A DNA stretch of 64,000 nucleotides from Sedimentisphaerales bacterium (GTDB lineage: Bacteria; Planctomycetota; Phycisphaerae; Sedimentisphaerales; SM23-30), in contig CAXXFK010000036.1 in NCBI GenBank assembly GCA_963663965.2, forward strand, positions 32,001 to 96,000, written 5' to 3'. A program made the position numbers and the translations under genes. Below the pieces are notes generated by a model. It did not search any database. It saw only the letters and a list, made by a program, of their open reading frames with translations, and had not been told where the DNA came from. This document shows, one piece after another, positions 11,011 through 21,053 of the stretch. Position 1 is the first letter of the stretch, and every line of letters begins with the position of its first letter.

Positions 11011-12129
11011 TTAATTTGCCGTGGATTCGTCGAGAGCCGGCAGTGCCAGTCCATAGGCGACGGTCCAGTCGGAATGGACGCCGTCCTCCTGCAAGCATTG
11101 GGGCAACTTGTTTGAATCGGAGAGGATGGCGGCAATCGGATCGCCGATTTGAGCCGGCAAACATAAATTCCGGGCCAGTGAATGGCAGAAATTGATATTT
11201 TTGACCAGCCCTCCCAGGAAAACAACTCTTTCAACCGGGTGAGCATGGAAAGACATTTCATGATATCTCAGGCAATTCTGCAGTTCGCTGACCAGCATTT
11301 GAATGTGCTGGGTCACCGCGACATTGCAGACCGTATCGACCGCCACAGCCAGGTTGCCCTGACAGTAAGGTGAGTCGCTATCCTGTCCATACTGGCAGAT
11401 CATTTCATCGGCCATCAGATCGTTGACTTGGCGATCTTTCATGATAGAGCGCTGAAGGGTGCTGTAAGACAGGGAAATACTGCGACCGAATTTTATCTCG
11501 TGACCGGCGGAAATCTGAACCCGGGTGCGGCTATATCCCAGATCAACCAGCATATAACGCGCTGACTGGCCGGCAAAGGATTCCATTGCCCCAAATGCCT
11601 TCATTAACGCGTTGGATTCTGTTGTGATGTTTTCAGTCATAAGTCGGCAATTCTGAATAATACGCAGGAAGCGATGGACACAGGCTGCCGGAGCGGCCAT
11701 GACAATGACATCCAATTGGGGTTCGCCGGATGTTCCCTGGTACACTTCTCCAGAGACCACATGGCGTAAAAGAGCGCCTTTGGTACTAAAAGGCAGTTTG
11801 CCTTCCAGTTCCTGATTTAAAACGCTGGCCAGCCTGGACTGGTCCTGTTTGGGCATTCTGATATGCTGAATCAGTAAATCTTTGCCAGGAACCGCAGTAA
11901 TGCATTTTTTGCCTTTAAAAGGAGCTTCATTCAAAAGGGTTCGAATTGACTGGGCATACCAGGCATCCATTTCTGCGGGTTTGTGACGAATCTCAAAAGG
12001 AGCAGTGCAGGAGCCGGCGGCCCCCAACTTTACATTTTTGTCACAGTATTCCAATTGCAGCATTCGGATGGTATGGTTACCAAAATCAATCGCAATCGGG
12101 CCATAATTTCTTTTCTTTAGCGTAAACAT
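11011..12129 (-). CDS. pilM: Type IV pilus assembly protein PilM (actin-like fold)
   Basis: IAIDFG, VDLGYSRT, VFLGG, AYGLAL; first gene of the pilMNO operon. Confidence 0.88.
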   Translation of the reverse strand: MFTLKKRNYGPIAIDFGNHTIRMLQLEYCDKNVKLGAAGSCTAPFEIRHKPAEMDAWYAQSIRTLLNEAPFKGKKCITAVPGKDLLIQHIRMPKQDQSRLASVLNQELEGKLPFSTKGALLRHVVSGEVYQGTSGEPQLDVIVMAAPAACVHRFLRIIQNCRLMTENITTESNALMKAFGAMESFAGQSARYMLVDLGYSRTRVQISAGHEIKFGRSISLSYSTLQRSIMKDRQVNDLMADEMICQYGQDSDSPYCQGNLAVAVDTVCNVAVTQHIQMLVSELQNCLRYHEMSFHAHPVERVVFLGGLVKNINFCHSLARNLCLPAQIGDPIAAILSDSNKLPQCLQEDGVHSDWTVAYGLALPALDESTAN

Positions 12130-12625
12130 CCCTATTTCATTTCTATGTTATAGGTACTTATTCGTTTTGAAAGATTCCTCCTGCTTTGCAAAGAACCAAT
12201 AAGGGCACTTTAAATCTATGATAAGATTGGAAGTGAGGCAAAATAGATAAGCTATAATTTCTCGATATTCATTAGCAGTAATCATTACCCTGTCGGCATA
12301 AAACTCACATTTTGACATAAAGGTCGACCCAGTGTAGTCCGAGGAGGGATTGTGAATGTAAATAGCTGAAATAAAAGTAATTATGGAATTTAAGGTCGTA
12401 TTGGCCGATAATCAAGCCATGGTATTAATACTGATATTGAGGTTTTTTAAAAAAATCGTCCGATAAGAATAAAGAAATCTGGCGCGCAGAACCGATAAAC
12501 GGAATAAAAGTTTTTTTGTTAGAAGTACTGTATAAATATGTTATTGCGTTCTCTCCAGCAGGATGAGGAGGAACCAGCTATAACCAGTTATGTCTTGGTT
12601 GGGGAGCCAAATAACGAGGTGTGAT

Positions 12626-13840
12626 ATGCGATGTATAGCAATCATCAATCAAAAAGGGGGATGTGGAAAGACTACTATAGCGATGAACTTATCGGCCTGT
12701 CTGGCGGTACAGGGTCATCGTACGCTTTTAATTGATATGGATCCCCAAAGCCACTGTGCGGTTGGCCTGGCGGTTCCGGAAGATCAGATCGAGCATAGTA
12801 TCTATGACGTGCTGATCTCAGCGCATTCCGACACAAAAATGCCCTTGAAGAATGTGGTCTGGCAAATTGCCCAGCATTTCGATCTGGCGCCATCGGGAAT
12901 CGAGCTGGCGGCGATTGAGCCGCAGCTGGCAGGAAAGGATCGTCGGGAAGATTGTTTACGCGACGTATTGCAGGCTGAAGCGAACGGCTATGAGTTTGTT
13001 ATTGTGGATTGTCCGCCTAATGTCGGTTTGTTGACATTTAACGCATTGCGTGCCGCGGATGAAGTGGTCATCCCCGTGGAGACGGGTTATTTCGCGTTGC
13101 ATGGTCTGGCCCGTCAATTAGAAACGCTTCAGGTATTGAAGCAGCAGTGTCAGCAGGACATAACGATCCGGGTAGTCGCCAGTATGTACGATGTGAGAAC
13201 GAAACTGGCGCGTGAGGTATTGAATGAACTCCGTAAGAATTTTTCAACATATCTCAGTCAGACCGTTGTGAATTTTAATACGAAATTGAAGGAAGCCGCC
13301 AGTTTTGGTCAGCCCATCAGTGAGTATGATCCAGCCAGTAAAGGGATGAAGGATTTTATGACGCTGGCTTCCGAAATAAGCTCGATCCAGGCCGATACCG
13401 AGCGGATCGGCAGTGTGTCGGCGATTGAGCAGCAGCTGAAGAAAATCAGCCGGACGGCCGATCAATTGTTGAGCGAGTCAAGGCGCACGATTGGTGAAAT
13501 GCCTGTGACAGAGCGTGAAACGAAGAAAACCATGACGCTCCAGGAAAAGATCGATTATTTTTATGGGGTACGTAAGGAAGGGGACCGAATCCGGTTTATG
13601 GCGCTTTATCCGAATGCCAAAGAGGTCTGTCTTGCGGGTGATTTCAACGGCTGGCAGCCTGAGAAAACCCAGTTAAAGTCCATGGATGAGAAGGGACGCT
13701 GGGCCGTCGATTTACCACTGGATAGCGGCACCTACCGTTACCGTTATGTTGTCGATGGGCGCTGGCAGCAGGATCCGTATAATGAATCGGTTGAGCAAAA
13801 TGAATTTGGCGAATATAACTCACTGGTAGAGGTGCAATAA
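12626..13840 (+). CDS. ParA/Soj-family ATPase fused to a C-terminal CBM48/AMPK-beta-type glycogen-binding domain
   Basis: Deviant Walker A NQKGGCGKTT, DMDPQ, IVDCPP, NALRAAD. C-terminal LAGDFNGW...W.VDLPL..GTYRYRYVVDGRWQQDP.N. Start ATG 12626 preceded by GAGGTG. Confidence 0.9.
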   Translation: MRCIAIINQKGGCGKTTIAMNLSACLAVQGHRTLLIDMDPQSHCAVGLAVPEDQIEHSIYDVLISAHSDTKMPLKNVVWQIAQHFDLAPSGIELAAIEPQLAGKDRREDCLRDVLQAEANGYEFVIVDCPPNVGLLTFNALRAADEVVIPVETGYFALHGLARQLETLQVLKQQCQQDITIRVVASMYDVRTKLAREVLNELRKNFSTYLSQTVVNFNTKLKEAASFGQPISEYDPASKGMKDFMTLASEISSIQADTERIGSVSAIEQQLKKISRTADQLLSESRRTIGEMPVTERETKKTMTLQEKIDYFYGVRKEGDRIRFMALYPNAKEVCLAGDFNGWQPEKTQLKSMDEKGRWAVDLPLDSGTYRYRYVVDGRWQQDPYNESVEQNEFGEYNSLVEVQ

Positions 13841-13841
13841 G

Positions 13842-15413
13842 ATGTCCCCCCCTGATCCGGCTGAAAAGGGCAAGCGAGGCATCGACTCGATTGCCCATTT
13901 GTTTTTATCGCAAAATAATTCATCGCAGTCCCGTCCACCGGTTCATCGCAAGCCGCCTCAGGTAGAAGACCATAAAACGCCCCAGCATCATCCAGGATTG
14001 GATGAGGATGACGCTTCGGAACCGGCGCCGGCGGAAATATTGATCAGCGCTCATTTGAGGCATCCGGTGCGTAAAGCGGGATTGTACGCCGCATATTTAA
14101 CGCGTCGCGGGGACGATATCCGGTTGGTGAACGTCGACAGCTATGAAGCGGCCTTGATCAAACTGGAATCGCTTTCCAGTCAGCCGCGGGATGACTGGGA
14201 TCATCCGGGTCTGAAGGATTCGTTGGTTCTGTGCGAAACGGAAGATATTCAAAACTGCCTGATTCCTACCCTGGTTGAAGCGGCCTATGACTGCGATAAT
14301 TTATTGATCAATATTGATCCTTCGTTTATGAATAAGACGGCTGAATTAATGGCCAGTTTCAGTCATATCACCATTCTGACCGAATGTTCAAAGGACAGTA
14401 TCATCGAAACCTACCAAGCGGTCAAAAAATGGTCTTCTTATCTGCGTTCCGATCAGGAGTTGGGGTTGTTTATCTGCGAGGCTCCCGATAATGAGACGGC
14501 GGATGAGGTCTACTATAAAATAGCGGATACGACCCGGCAGTTTCTCAAAAAGGTTATCGTGCCGGCCGGGTGTCATGTCGTACCCGGCAGTTACGACGAT
14601 GAGTTCGAAGAGGTGGCTGAGGTTGAAGCCGAACAGGGGACGATTGTGTCAGATGCTGAGGAATCAGTCAGGGCAGAGGGCACGATCCCCATTCAGCCGG
14701 CTATCAATGAATCGCATCTGGAGGAACTGGCCTCAATCGTGGAACCGGTTTTGGGAAATGAACCTGAGGATCACGCGGAGAACCCCGGAACATTGGATGC
14801 TGAAATGAATGAGAACCCTTCCGCAGAGATAGGGACAGAGCCGAACTCCAATCAAACAGCCTCACAGGAGCAGGTGACTATGTATACTCCGTTGGAAATA
14901 TCCCAATCCAGAAACGAAAGCCATCAGGCGCCGCCGAAGTTATTCCCCGCGGTCTATGCCCCGGTGTCATTACATAAATTGCCCGGAGACGACCGGGAAC
15001 TGTTGCAGGTCTTACAGAACAGTCTGGCCCAGTGGCTGGTGACGATACCGGGGGCGCTGCCGGTGCCCTTGCCTGATTTTGGTCAGTTTGAACAACCGGC
15101 GTTGCTGCTGCTGGATGGGGCGGGGCGTTTTCATGTTCTGGCCGCGACGTTGTCGAGCCAGATCGGCTTGCTGGAGTCCGCCCTGGAATATCGCCAGTGG
15201 TTTTTAAAAAATCGAATGGGATTGATGCGGATGTTCCAGCAACTGCAATTTAATCCGGGCACTGAACCGGGTATCATCCTGATCAAGCCCTCTTATAGCG
15301 AGAACCAGAAAACGGCCGCCCGTTCATTGCCGGCCATGACCTGTCAATTGATGAGTCTGTGCTTTTTTGAAATGGGAGAGAATAAGGGCATGCTTGTAAC
15401 CCCCTTATCGTGA
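13842..15413 (+). CDS. Uncharacterised ParA-partner protein (degenerate MinD/FlhG-like middle domain, acidic linker, C-terminal alpha/beta domain)
   Basis: Starts 1 bp after the ParA stop; 523-aa ORF; 'SIIETYQAVKK...A.EVYYKIADTTRQFL' resembles the FlhG/MinD C-terminal half but no Walker A is present. Confidence 0.6.
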   Translation: MSPPDPAEKGKRGIDSIAHLFLSQNNSSQSRPPVHRKPPQVEDHKTPQHHPGLDEDDASEPAPAEILISAHLRHPVRKAGLYAAYLTRRGDDIRLVNVDSYEAALIKLESLSSQPRDDWDHPGLKDSLVLCETEDIQNCLIPTLVEAAYDCDNLLINIDPSFMNKTAELMASFSHITILTECSKDSIIETYQAVKKWSSYLRSDQELGLFICEAPDNETADEVYYKIADTTRQFLKKVIVPAGCHVVPGSYDDEFEEVAEVEAEQGTIVSDAEESVRAEGTIPIQPAINESHLEELASIVEPVLGNEPEDHAENPGTLDAEMNENPSAEIGTEPNSNQTASQEQVTMYTPLEISQSRNESHQAPPKLFPAVYAPVSLHKLPGDDRELLQVLQNSLAQWLVTIPGALPVPLPDFGQFEQPALLLLDGAGRFHVLAATLSSQIGLLESALEYRQWFLKNRMGLMRMFQQLQFNPGTEPGIILIKPSYSENQKTAARSLPAMTCQLMSLCFFEMGENKGMLVTPLS

Positions 15414-15472
15414 TTGCAGCCGATTTCGGTAGGGAGACACAATTAAAAGCAACGGTTTGTGTTGCGGTCCGG

Positions 15473-18400
15473 TTAATTTTTACGGAGCAGTATTATCCAG
15501 TCTGCTGATGGTTCGGAAGGGGGATTTCCCAGCGAGACCAGTTTGCCAGCCTTAATGGTTTTAATGGAGCCATTCTGCAAAGGGCCTCCTGTTCGGGGAT
15601 TATACCATTTTACGAAAAAACGTCCGGTCGCATTGGTCAGATCCAGTTGAGTCGTATCTCCATTGGGCAGGTAAACGACATAAACGTTATTGGGTTGCGC
15701 CAGGCAATATTTTTCATTGGAATGGGCCTCATTGCCGATTAACGGGTCCGCATTGGTCATCTGCCAGAACGGGATATGGTTATTATGGAAGAAATCCAAG
15801 GCAATCCGGCAGTAATCCCAGGATTGGTCACGGCTGCGGTAGTCTTCACAGACCAGATCACTCTGAGGCAACTGGTAACCGAAGTAGTATTCCACCCCGG
15901 CGCCACCGGCCATTAAATTGCCCCAGAGGGTGGCTTTACGGATATCATCGATTGACTGGACTTTGGCGCCATCTTTTCTGGTACCCTTATAGCCCTGATA
16001 GCCCATATCCGGGGGCACACCGGTATCGGCGCCATTTTGTTCATCGTTGGCAACCACCCAGGGCCGGTTGGCGGCAGCCGATTCTGTGACCCACTTGAGT
16101 GTCCGTTGATGAACGGCGTTCCAACTGTTTTGGAGCGAGGCGCCGGTCAGGCGGGACCGGTCGCCTAATAAGGGCGGGTAGACTTTGTCCTGCTGATCGG
16201 GATAGGTATGAATGACGATTGGGTGGTGATAAGGATCGAGGGCGGCAATATAATCCGCCATCGCGTTGATTTCGTCCGTTGTCTGGGTGTTTTCTTCGCC
16301 GATATTCCAGTTGAGAGCCAGGTTATGAGCAAAACGCGCGATCAATTCCCGGCAATACAGTTTGCGTTCCGGGCCGAGTTTGCCGCCGTCCAGTGATTCG
16401 GGTACATTTGCCGGCCCGTTCTGACCGCGCCGGTTATCGTCGATTTCGGTTTCCTGTAATTTGAAGTGCAGATACAATCCTCTGGCTGTGGCATGGTCAA
16501 ATACCATTCCCCACTGATCCAGCTTGGAGCAATCGTAATGCATTTTATCCTCCCGCGCCACAAAGGGCCAGACATTGTCGCCATCGCCTCCGGCGTTATA
16601 GGGCAAAAAGGAAAAGGCGTTGAGGCCTTTGCCGGCCAGATAATTCAGGGCGCCGATCAAGCCCTTGCCTTTATCCTGCTTCCAGGTGGGATCGCCCGGT
16701 TGCCAGTCGGCAATATGGGGTTGCCAGGTTTTCAGAGGGGCAGATGGCTTGCGGGCCTGGGTATTGTCAAAATCGGCATAAGCCAGCAGGGTTTCAGGGG
16801 CGTCGGGACCGGCCTTGAGGAAATAATCTTTGGAACCGGCAAACTGCAGGTAATGCTTGCCCACATAATCCAATCTGCCCAGGGCACGGAAGTCAGGGGC
16901 GGTTTTGTCGCTGGCGGTGACTTGAAAACGACCTGTCAGGCCATCATACGGTTTTTGGGGTTTGCCGCCGCCATCGAGAGCGACTTTATCGCCTTTGGTG
17001 AACGATATTACGTAGGTCCACCGGCCGGGTTTGTCGGGCGCCAGATGCGCGCGCCAACAAGTCCCTGAAACGGCAGAACTGTTAGCGGCATTGCCATCAG
17101 CGGCAAAATAGCCCGGTATCTGATAGGAAGGTGAACCGGATTCATGGGTGAAAGTGACGGTCAGGTTGTAATCGGTAAAGGGGTTGGGGTTGTTATCCTG
17201 TTCACGCGCGGATGGGCCGGCAAGATTGAGTGTTACTTTGTGCCATTGTCTGAGTTGACCGGAAATGGTTACCTGACTGTTACTGTCAGGTAATTGTTGT
17301 GAAGGTGGGGGAATGACCGGCTGGGTTTTTACGGTCTTATCTTCAGCGGCGGCATCTTTATCCAGATTCATCTGGATCCAGTTGGCCAGGGTGGAACTGC
17401 CCATGCCGTAGCCTCCGGGCAATTCACGCAGATCGCGCGTTTGAATTTTAGGAGGATCGCCCCAATGTTCAGGATACTTCTTTTCAGGTTGCGGGTAGGG
17501 AGGTTGTGTTTCAAAATCGGATTGATTGACCCAGCCGGCTTTGATTGGTTCGCCATTCATGTAGCGTTCATAGAAATTCCGTTGTGCCGGATAAGCAACG
17601 GGATACTGATCGAAAACCTCGCCGTGACCCAATACCCGTGGGTCTTCCTGTTCGGTCAGTTTCGCAGTCAGCCAGTCGCTCATTTCGGTGCGACGCCGGG
17701 TATATTGAGGATTATCCGCTAAATTTTTGACGCAATCGGGATCGATTTTCAGATTGTAAAGTTCTTCAAGCGGGCGTTTGCCAAAGTTCAATGCCCAGAA
17801 CGGATCGGACCGATTTTTACGGTGCGCATCCAGGATGAAGGTTTTGGTGGGGCTGCCATCGGTATTCAGATAGCCGGTTTCGGGATTGCCGGCCGGCCAG
17901 CGATCCGGCTCCCAGTTGTGCAGATATAGAAAGTCATTACGAATCAGGCCACGGATGGGATAGCCTGCATCATTGGGCCGGCCTACGTCGTGCCGTTCTT
18001 TGCCAATCAGCATATAATCCCGTCCGGGTTCGATCTGGCCGGATTGACTGCTGGTTAGAATCGGGAGCAGGCTTTGGCCGGTTATGGCCGCCATACCGCT
18101 ATTTTGCTGAGATAAGCCGGTGACGGCGAGGAACGTCGGGGCCAGATCCACAAAACTGACATAATCGTTGACCGTGCGGCCGGGGTGAGTGATGCCTTTG
18201 GGCCAGCGGATTGCCAGCGGAATATGATTGGAGGCCAGATAGGCCTGACCCTTGACGCGGGGAAAGGGCATGCCGTGGTCGGAGGTGAAAACCACCAGGG
18301 TGTTGTCAAGCTGACCACGTTTTTTTAATTCCGCCAGCATCATCTGGAGGTGCCGGTCTACGTGTTCTACTTCGAAGGCATAATCCAGCATGTCCGTACG

Positions 18401-19057
18401 TACCGTTTCGTTGTCGGGCCAGTAATCGGGAACATGGTCTACCTGATCCAGGTTTTTGTCACCTTTGTTGATCCCTGATCCATATTCATATCCCCGATGC
18501 GGTTCGTAGGCGCCGAACCAGAAAAACCATGGCTGGTCTTTGGGGGCGGCGTCGAGAAAATCTTTGAAATTGGCGGTGTAGTCATTATTGCTAATGCCAC
18601 GAGCCGGCGGGGTAGCGGTTCGAGATTGATAGGGTTGGCCGCAAAGCTGACGGGGTTTATCATTGGCATCGTTAGCAATTCCCGGGGCCCATCCTTTGCC
18701 GGTGGCGCCGACGAAATAGCCGTGTTCGATGAGGGCTTCGGGGAAACTTTTGAATTCGGCCGGGAAAAATGGCTGATGGTTGGCGGCCGCGCGCAATTGC
18801 CAGGAATAGCGTCCGGTCAGGATAATCGCGCGTGATGGGGCGCACTTGGCGTTAGGCGTGAAGGCATTGGCGAATAACACCCCTTCGCGCGCCAGGCGGT
18901 CAAAGGCGGGGGTCTTGATCCAGGGAGTTGTGCCATAGGCTCCAGCGTGGCAACCCCAGTCATCGGCTATGGCGAACAGGATATTGGGTTGTTCGGAGGC
19001 ATGGCTGAAAGCGCAAGAGATTCCGGTTAACATGCCAATATACAGCCATTTATACAT
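15473..19057 (-). CDS. Secreted sulfatase (formylglycine-dependent) fused to DUF5060-like / TIM-barrel glycosidase-like / C-terminal beta domains
   Basis: [27 protein letters not shown]. Second half has NPFTD...GYFAADG...[19 protein letters not shown] and C-terminal W.NPRTG...DW..LL. Confidence 0.85.
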   Translation of the reverse strand: MYKWLYIGMLTGISCAFSHASEQPNILFAIADDWGCHAGAYGTTPWIKTPAFDRLAREGVLFANAFTPNAKCAPSRAIILTGRYSWQLRAAANHQPFFPAEFKSFPEALIEHGYFVGATGKGWAPGIANDANDKPRQLCGQPYQSRTATPPARGISNNDYTANFKDFLDAAPKDQPWFFWFGAYEPHRGYEYGSGINKGDKNLDQVDHVPDYWPDNETVRTDMLDYAFEVEHVDRHLQMMLAELKKRGQLDNTLVVFTSDHGMPFPRVKGQAYLASNHIPLAIRWPKGITHPGRTVNDYVSFVDLAPTFLAVTGLSQQNSGMAAITGQSLLPILTSSQSGQIEPGRDYMLIGKERHDVGRPNDAGYPIRGLIRNDFLYLHNWEPDRWPAGNPETGYLNTDGSPTKTFILDAHRKNRSDPFWALNFGKRPLEELYNLKIDPDCVKNLADNPQYTRRRTEMSDWLTAKLTEQEDPRVLGHGEVFDQYPVAYPAQRNFYERYMNGEPIKAGWVNQSDFETQPPYPQPEKKYPEHWGDPPKIQTRDLRELPGGYGMGSSTLANWIQMNLDKDAAAEDKTVKTQPVIPPPSQQLPDSNSQVTISGQLRQWHKVTLNLAGPSAREQDNNPNPFTDYNLTVTFTHESGSPSYQIPGYFAADGNAANSSAVSGTCWRAHLAPDKPGRWTYVISFTKGDKVALDGGGKPQKPYDGLTGRFQVTASDKTAPDFRALGRLDYVGKHYLQFAGSKDYFLKAGPDAPETLLAYADFDNTQARKPSAPLKTWQPHIADWQPGDPTWKQDKGKGLIGALNYLAGKGLNAFSFLPYNAGGDGDNVWPFVAREDKMHYDCSKLDQWGMVFDHATARGLYLHFKLQETEIDDNRRGQNGPANVPESLDGGKLGPERKLYCRELIARFAHNLALNWNIGEENTQTTDEINAMADYIAALDPYHHPIVIHTYPDQQDKVYPPLLGDRSRLTGASLQNSWNAVHQRTLKWVTESAAANRPWVVANDEQNGADTGVPPDMGYQGYKGTRKDGAKVQSIDDIRKATLWGNLMAGGAGVEYYFGYQLPQSDLVCEDYRSRDQSWDYCRIALDFFHNNHIPFWQMTNADPLIGNEAHSNEKYCLAQPNNVYVVYLPNGDTTQLDLTNATGRFFVKWYNPRTGGPLQNGSIKTIKAGKLVSLGNPPSEPSADWIILLRKN

Positions 19058-19363
19058 AACTATTCTCCTGAATGGGAGGTAAGTGTTTCTGTTTCAATCG
19101 ATTACACAATATGTAAGAGACCGGATTGGATAGGCGTTGACCGGTCGTCAGGAAAGATTGCTATAACAGATATCCAAGAAACGAGTTCGTTTTTATTTTA
19201 TTGCCGGATTGTCTGGTTAGCAACGATGCAAGGATGTTCAGTTGCCGTAAACTGAATCATTGAAATCGAAAATAATTTGATATTCAAAGCGGGAATCAGC
19301 GTTTATAATTCAGGTTACATTTGAGATTTGATGTCAAACAGGTTAGCAGGCAATAAGATTATA

Positions 19364-19524
19364 GGGCACCTCTAATAATTCATTCAGGGCTGCAAGCGAT
19401 CTGATTTTCCTCTGGACTGCGTCACAAAAAACCGTGAATATTGACGAATATGCCCGGTTCTTTGTTCCTTGCCAGAGAAAAATCAACCTCGCTTTCGCCT
19501 CTAAAGCCATTATTAGAGATACCC
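19364..19524. mobile_element. MITE-like fold-back element (161 bp)
   Basis: 16-bp imperfect terminal inverted repeats GGGCACCTCTAATAAT / ATTATTAGAGATACCC. Internal arms AAGCGA/TCGCTT, TGATTTTCCTCTGG/CCAGAGAAAAATCA, ACAAAAACCG/CGGTTCTTTGT and apical ATATT-GACG-AATAT. Intergenic. Confidence 0.7.
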
Positions 19525-19566
19525 AATATTATTTGATCAAGAAAATCAGAAAATCGGAGAGTAAGA

Positions 19567-20898
19567 ATGAAAAAGCCCCGTCTTGTTCCATTAATGATTT
19601 TTATCCTGACCTTCGTTTTACTGCTGGGAGGTTTTGGCTTATATTACTGGGGGTACCGATCGAAGGAAATCTTGATGGCACAAGCTGAGAAAGCGGGCCT
19701 GGCTTTGACCCTGGAAGAGGTTGAAAACCGGTATCGGAAAGATGCGGCTAATGCCGCGGAATATTACGAGCAGGCGTTTGATCTGCATCGGCAATGGATC
19801 GAGGCGCACGATGATTTGTCAATAAAGGCGTTGAGTATTCCCGCGGACCGGTACAAAACAGCCGAAGAGAATGAGTCGGAAGCCCAGGCGGTTTATACCC
19901 GTTATGTCAGGGATAATCCGGAAATCCTGGACCTGTTTCGAACTGCCGCGAAAATGAAGTATTGTTATTTTAGTCTGGAAACGACCCGTGAAGACCCGCT
20001 AACGACAGTTAGTTACCTGGGGCCCCTGCGGGACTTTGCCAGCGTGATGTCGCGAGACGCCATCTGCGCCATCCGTTCAGGCAGGGTAGAACAGATGAGC
20101 GAATCTGTTGAAACCTTATTTCGTATTGGCCGGCATGTTATGGAACAACCCTTTTATCTCAGTCATTTAGTGGGAATCCGTATCCAGAATCTGGGTATCA
20201 ACACGATTGAAACAATACTGAATGAAATGCAGCTGGACGATGATTGTTTACACCGTCTTAGTGAACAGGTGGCAACGGTATATTGTGAAAGCGATTTACA
20301 GGATGCCATCCGATCTGAAACCGCCTGCGGCAAGGCCTATATTTTTGACTTCGACCGTTCCAGAATGCCTGGCTGGCTCTGGCATACCTATTCATTTGTT
20401 CAGGGACCGCAGGTGGCCTACCGGGATTATCTGACAGGAATGATCCGTTTATCGCATGCCGCGGAAGCGGCGTGGCCGGATAAACTGGATAATGTTCGAT
20501 CTCTTAAGGAAATTTATTCAACTCAGCAGAGCAGGTATTTCCCATCGCGTCTGGCTTCCATGGATTTTGATTTTAGCGATCATGAAAAAATATTTCTGTT
20601 CAATTTGAGTATTCTGGTCCGGCATACCCTGTGTCAGGCCGCACTGGCAGTAGAGAGGTATTCTAATCAACATAACGAATTGCCAAAAACCCTGGATGAG
20701 TTAGTGCCCGAGTACCTGGAGCAGGTACCACAGGATTATTTTATTAAAGGTCAGGTTCCAATCTGTTATGAAGTAACTGAATCCGGATATGTGTTGTACA
20801 GTGTGTCAGCGGATGGTATCGCCAACGGCGGGCAGGAAATGGAGGGTCATTTTGACAGTGGAAGCGATCTGGTATTCCGGGTAAAAAGACTTCGGTGA
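19567..20898 (+). CDS. Membrane-anchored helical protein with GspG-like C-terminal motif (planctomycete-type hypothetical)
   Basis: N-terminal TM; NAAEYYEQAF; C-terminal ALAVERY....LP.TL.ELVP.YL..VP.D.F...Y......LYSV.ADG...GG. RBS GGAG upstream. Confidence 0.7.
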   Translation: MKKPRLVPLMIFILTFVLLLGGFGLYYWGYRSKEILMAQAEKAGLALTLEEVENRYRKDAANAAEYYEQAFDLHRQWIEAHDDLSIKALSIPADRYKTAEENESEAQAVYTRYVRDNPEILDLFRTAAKMKYCYFSLETTREDPLTTVSYLGPLRDFASVMSRDAICAIRSGRVEQMSESVETLFRIGRHVMEQPFYLSHLVGIRIQNLGINTIETILNEMQLDDDCLHRLSEQVATVYCESDLQDAIRSETACGKAYIFDFDRSRMPGWLWHTYSFVQGPQVAYRDYLTGMIRLSHAAEAAWPDKLDNVRSLKEIYSTQQSRYFPSRLASMDFDFSDHEKIFLFNLSILVRHTLCQAALAVERYSNQHNELPKTLDELVPEYLEQVPQDYFIKGQVPICYEVTESGYVLYSVSADGIANGGQEMEGHFDSGSDLVFRVKRLR

Positions 20899-21053
20899 TA
20901 TGGTGGTGTTTTTTCGGGGGAAATGGTATTCATCTGGATGAATTGGCAAGGTTTTGGAGATGGAGACATGATTGACCCTGTGGATTAACTGGATGGCTAT
21001 GAGATGGACCGTTTGTTTATGGATAACTGCCTGATGATCGAGCAGGAGATACT

